DNA of 64,000 nt from Candidatus Zixiibacteriota bacterium. Lineage in GTDB: Bacteria; Zixibacteria; MSB-5A5; GN15; JAAZOE01. The translations under genes and the position numbers were made by a program. The stretch is taken from NCBI GenBank assembly GCA_043819555.1, contig JBDREQ010000039.1, positions 1,453 to 65,452 of the forward strand, read 5' to 3'. Positions 59,967-64,000 of the stretch are shown here, piece after piece (positions within the stretch are counted from its first letter, which is position 1; the number at the start of each line of letters is the position of its first letter). The notes under the pieces were generated by a model. That model saw only the letters and a program-made list of their open reading frames with translations. It did no database searches and was not told the DNA's origin.

Positions 59967-60617
59967 TCACCTGAGAGCACTATTAAATATCCCTTGAGAA
60001 ACCAATCTTGTCAAATCTTTTCTTGAGGACGGCTTTTCAACCGTACGCATTTTTTCTGGCAGAGTTTCGGGATCACCCCTATGACCGATCGCGGCCATTG
60101 CCTGAACCTCAAAGCCGTCAGGTATACTCAAGTCTTTTTTGGCTTTTTCATAATCAAATCCGGCCATACCATGAACAACCAAACCTCTCCGGGCGCCTTC
60201 CAGAGCCATCATCCCCCAGGCCGAACCGGTATCGAAGGCATGGGTATTCATCGGTTTACCGTTGTGATCAAAAGTCGTTTTGGAAATTATAACCATCAGA
60301 ATTGAGGCGTCTTTGCACCACGCCTGATTGGCTTCAACCAGTAAATTAAAATATGTATCCCATTCCGGAGTGCCCTTTCTTGCGTAAAGAAACCGCCACG
60401 GCTGATTATTAAATGATGACGGCGCCCAGTGAGCCGCCTCAAACATGGCCAGCAAGTCATTTTCTTCCACCGCCGTTTCGCTCATCGCCCGCGGCGACCA
60501 GCGATTTCTGAAAATATCATGACTGCCATATTTATTCGACCGGTACTGGTCAATTTCAGGCCTATTATCGCTTATCTTGTTATCCGAATCCTGCTTTATT
60601 TCACCATTGACTAACAT
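59967..60617 (-). CDS. Nitroreductase family protein
   Basis: RWSPRAM, WAPSSFNNQPWRF, FDTGSAW, HGMAGFD. Confidence 0.92.
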   Translation of the reverse strand: MLVNGEIKQDSDNKISDNRPEIDQYRSNKYGSHDIFRNRWSPRAMSETAVEENDLLAMFEAAHWAPSSFNNQPWRFLYARKGTPEWDTYFNLLVEANQAWCKDASILMVIISKTTFDHNGKPMNTHAFDTGSAWGMMALEGARRGLVVHGMAGFDYEKAKKDLSIPDGFEVQAMAAIGHRGDPETLPEKMRTVEKPSSRKDLTRLVSQGIFNSALR

Positions 60618-60650
60618 ATCTTCACCTTGTTAAAATAATTGTTGACCGGC

Positions 60651-61130
60651 CTATTGAGAAATAAGTCCGCGGGAAACCATTTCCTGCTTTTCAGGAGGGC
60701 GTCGATGCTGTTGTTCCGCCGGATAGAATTTTTCAGCCGGTAGTATCTCTGTCGCGATAGGATATTTGTAAATTTTCAAATCCGATATCTCCATGGCCGA
60801 TTCAAGAGCCTGATTCCTCTGCTCGAGATTATTGTAAAAAATGGCCGATCGGTATTGTGAGAAAAGGCCACAGTCCTGATAATTCATCATCGTTGGATCA
60901 TGATTAATCCAGAAGATATCCAAAAGGTCCTGGTATGTGATGACATTGGGATTGAAAGTAATTTTTACCGCTTCGGCATGGCCAGATTGCCCGCAGCAAA
61001 CTTCCTGATATGTGGGATTAGGAGTATTCCCGCCGGTATATCCAACGGTGGTCGAAACCACACCATCAAATTTATTGAATACATTTTCAACTTCCCAAAA
61101 ACATCCCGCCGCAAAAATCGCTGTTTCCAT
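60651..61130 (-). CDS. msrA: Peptide-methionine (S)-S-oxide reductase, divergent
   Basis: FAAGCFW, VGYTGG..NPTYQEVC, GHAEAV, HDPT, QYRSAIF. Confidence 0.85.
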   Translation of the reverse strand: METAIFAAGCFWEVENVFNKFDGVVSTTVGYTGGNTPNPTYQEVCCGQSGHAEAVKITFNPNVITYQDLLDIFWINHDPTMMNYQDCGLFSQYRSAIFYNNLEQRNQALESAMEISDLKIYKYPIATEILPAEKFYPAEQQHRRPPEKQEMVSRGLISQ

Positions 61131-61326
61131 TTTTTATTACTCCGTTTACTTTTTGCCCCTGAATTTTTCATTGAAGTTCAAATCCGGGCAGGTTTACATA
61201 CTATTAATGATGTAACCGAAAATTAGTCCGGTTCGTTCCAACAAAATGGATTATATTAGGCAAATTTTACAAAGCCGCGATGAGATGAGAAAACGCGAAG
61301 CTAATGTAAATTTAAACGAATGTAGA

Positions 61327-62610
61327 TTACGACCAGAACTCAAAAAGATCATTAAGTTCTTCACGTTTTTTTAGAATTTCGAATTCACCGGAGCTATAAT
61401 TGTAACCGATCACTTTGGGCATTTGTCGGCTGTTATAGCGCGACCACATGCTCAATGTATAAGCTCCGGTGTCGTGAATTATTATTATATCTCCGGGATC
61501 GATTTTGGGAAGTTCTACTTCACAGGCAAGCATATCACCGGAAAAACAGAGCGGCCCGGCAATATTGTATTTCTGTTTATTATTTCCCGCCTTTAATTTT
61601 CCCCCCCCATCAAGGACCGAGATTTCATGGTACCAATCATCGGGACAATAGCATCTGCGCAGCATTAAGTCGGCGCCGACATGAATAATCGCGGTTTTGA
61701 TTCCGGATGAAGGTTTTACATATTCGACCCGGGAGGCAACAAACCCTGAATTGGCAAATAAATATCTGCCGAATTCGGTGATAAGCCTGAACTTAGAATT
61801 ATCGACATGCCCAAAAACTTCACTTACTCCTGCCGCATAGTCATAAGCTGAAATTAAAATATCATCGGGTCTATATTTTACCGGCAAACCGCCTCCAATA
61901 TTGATAGTTGAGATATGCCGCCCAGTGCCTTTATTTACTAATTCAACATTTGCTTCATTGACAAAATCCTTGAGTATTTTGGCGCCATTTATCAACATTT
62001 CGAGCGGGAAGCCCTGAGAACCAATATGTATGTGAACCCCTGACAGCCACTCATATTTAATAAAGCTCTCAATTATTTGACCGCGAAATTCATTGATAGG
62101 AATACCAAACTTGGAATATTCCCCAGCGGTGCTGCTCGACGCAATATCACCGAATCCAATCTGGGGGTTCAGTCTGATCCCTATTCTACTTTTGGAATCA
62201 ATTCTTTTGAGTAGTTCCTCAATGCGTCTTAATTCTTCAAATGAATCGGCATTAATATGGACTCCTTCGCGCAGGGCATACTCCAAATCATTAATGGTTT
62301 TTGCGGGTGAGTCAAAGATAATTTTATTTGGAGAAAATCCCGCCTTTTGTGCCAGGTATAACTCGGGCAATGACGCGGCTTCCGCGCCCAATCCCAGGTT
62401 TTTTGTCCGACTAAGAATCTTTGAAAGCGGATTGGCCTTGATCGCGACGGTATGCAGAGAATTCGGAGGAAAGGCATGCGTAACGTCATTTATTTTTGCG
62501 CCCAAAATCTCAAAATCATAAAAGATAACAGAGTCATCATTTGTCGAAAAAAGGTTTTCTGTAATGGCGCTGGAAACAGCTTTGCTTATTTTTTCCAGTG
62601 ATAAGTTCAT
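61327..62610 (-). CDS. lysA: Diaminopimelate decarboxylase family protein
   Basis: AIKANP, SKFG, HIHIGSQ, NIGGG, EFGR, AGPLCFSGD, GAY. Confidence 0.8.
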   Translation of the reverse strand: MNLSLEKISKAVSSAITENLFSTNDDSVIFYDFEILGAKINDVTHAFPPNSLHTVAIKANPLSKILSRTKNLGLGAEAASLPELYLAQKAGFSPNKIIFDSPAKTINDLEYALREGVHINADSFEELRRIEELLKRIDSKSRIGIRLNPQIGFGDIASSSTAGEYSKFGIPINEFRGQIIESFIKYEWLSGVHIHIGSQGFPLEMLINGAKILKDFVNEANVELVNKGTGRHISTINIGGGLPVKYRPDDILISAYDYAAGVSEVFGHVDNSKFRLITEFGRYLFANSGFVASRVEYVKPSSGIKTAIIHVGADLMLRRCYCPDDWYHEISVLDGGGKLKAGNNKQKYNIAGPLCFSGDMLACEVELPKIDPGDIIIIHDTGAYTLSMWSRYNSRQMPKVIGYNYSSGEFEILKKREELNDLFEFWS

Positions 62611-62933
62611 AATATCTCGCCTTTATTTATGATTAAGATATGGAGCGGGAGGTTTCAAATCAAGGCAGGCAATATGAAAATCAATTAAAAAAAATGAGGA
62701 GGCCGTGGCCCGAAGAACGAGGGGAAAAGACACTCCAGGCGCACAAAACCTCCTCAAAAAATTTATACGAATATAAAATGATTATGCAAAGAAAAAAGAA
62801 AAATATTTAAGCCTCCTTTTCAATCACTATAAATACTTTTTTGTCACGCCAAATTACCAATACTAAAAATACTTTTTCGAAGTCCCCGTTCGAAATCTGC
62901 CATGAACTAATATATGGAATTATTTTAAAAAAA

Positions 62934-63677
62934 TCAAATAAACTTTTCACGATTTTGGAGTTTTAAAAGCCCCATCAGTGTCATCAATATTGAGCCTGCC
63001 ACCAAATAAATGCGGTTATAGAGGGTAAGATCGGACTGTAAAATCCCCGCAAAGTCCTCAGTAGATTCGAATGGATTATAAAAGATATCCCATTTATTGG
63101 CGCTCTGATCTTCTGTTATGATATTGTAGATTAACAGAAAAATCACAAGGATAGCCGCTGTACCATTTCCGTTTCGTACAAAAGTCGACACCATAAACCC
63201 AAAACTGCCAACAAAAAGAAGAGGAAACATAATATGATAAATCATTGACCATAGACTAAAATCTGCCAAGGCCAATTGACAGAAAATTGCGTAAAGCAAT
63301 AATATACTTGCGGTTACGATATATTGAGTAACGCATCTGGCCAGCCAAACCTTATATCGATAATCCGGAATTCCAAAAAGTGTTTCAATCATACGAGAAT
63401 CGGTATCCCGCTGAATGGTGTACGTGGCCGGATAAAAAATCAGGAGAAGTCCCGGAGAATATAAGAAATAGTAAATATCCTGTGCTGTTGGAGGAGTGTT
63501 TTCCTCAATCGTGTAGATGATGACTATGGTCAGGAACAAGGCCAGCGACAGGAATAAAAAATATTTGAATTTGCCGGCAAAGACATGATTGGCGTTATAT
63601 CTGAAAAGGGAAATAATAAGCCTTAGTGTATCCAAAATTCTGGTACCGGTCAGATGTCTTTCTCGAGCATTCGTCAT
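62934..63677 (-). CDS. ABC-2-type permease-like membrane protein
   Basis: About 6 TMs; TAATG overlap with the upstream ABC ATPase. Confidence 0.7.
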   Translation of the reverse strand: MTNARERHLTGTRILDTLRLIISLFRYNANHVFAGKFKYFLFLSLALFLTIVIIYTIEENTPPTAQDIYYFLYSPGLLLIFYPATYTIQRDTDSRMIETLFGIPDYRYKVWLARCVTQYIVTASILLLYAIFCQLALADFSLWSMIYHIMFPLLFVGSFGFMVSTFVRNGNGTAAILVIFLLIYNIITEDQSANKWDIFYNPFESTEDFAGILQSDLTLYNRIYLVAGSILMTLMGLLKLQNREKFI

Positions 63678-64000
63678 TAATTCTCCTTGCCTCCGAGAAG
63701 CCATAAATATGAATCTTCCAGCGTCGGCGTCACTTGAACAGCGTTGGGGGTCGGCATAGTTTCCGCCAAAACGCGAATCCTAATATTATCACCCTCACGT
63801 GTATGATGAACAATACGTGCAGCGTTTCGCATTTTTTCAAATTCCGCGTCAGTAACATGCGCCTGCCAGACAAATCCCTCAGTAAGAGCGACCATATCCC
63901 GGGGAGTTCCAATAAATTTGACTTTGCCGTCTCCCAAAACCGCTAATTTGTTGCAGGAACTTGAAACATCTTCGATTATATGGGTTGAGAATATTACAAT
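63677..64000 (-). CDS. ABC transporter ATP-binding protein, 3' part only
   Basis: IVIFSTHIIEDV H-loop, C-terminal PTLEDSYL; frame open to the window edge. Confidence 0.85.
   Translation of the reverse strand: MVIFSTHIIEDVSSSCNKLAVLGDGKVKFIGTPRDMVALTEGFVWQAHVTDAEFEKMRNAARIVHHTREGDNIRIRVLAETMPTPNAVQVTPTLEDSYLWLLGGKEN

Noticed and set aside
62611..62933. Lysine riboswitch upstream of lysA
   Set aside because: The structured segment is only about 70 nt and lacks the five-helix organisation
1..64000. CRISPR array, rRNA, transposase/integrase or prophage genes
   Set aside because: No regularly spaced repeats or recognisable motifs seen by eye or in the ORF track; very short or degenerate elements could have been missed

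Overview
Bacterial chromosomal window of moderate-to-low GC. The lineage is inferred, not shown: a 'CGDANND...GNVNCDG...GPWPC' dockerin-like C-terminal domain and the gene repertoire suggest candidate phylum Zixibacteria or a relative. Most of the window is housekeeping: two tRNA-Ser, mtaB, rpsA, cmk, tadA, panD, rsfS, rho, ptsH/ptsI, dprA, obgE, tilS-hpt-ftsH-folE-folP-cdaA and lysA. There is also a long signalling block: ECF sigma, RsbVWU partner switch, NtrYX-like pair, Omp85, GAF-PAS histidine kinase and Ser/Thr kinase-TPR. Three things stand out. (1) An unannotated 23-aa ORF (MIYELEIEVLEEKIAPGMSMGGQ, 26116-26187) has a perfect Shine-Dalgarno, a structured leader and a terminator. It lies just downstream of an RRE(PqqD-like)/M50 site-2 protease/HlyD fusion and converges on the kinase-TPR and histidine kinase genes, making it a candidate peptide processing, export and signalling system. 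(2) An arsR-led, Cys-rich hgcAB mercury methylation operon has a perfect operator palindrome and a probably leaderless arsR. (3) An AT-rich NYN ribonuclease gene is preceded by a promoter, a ~66-nt structured RNA and a terminator, the layout of a type III-like RNA-antitoxin or attenuated defence module. No CRISPR array, rRNA or transposase was seen.
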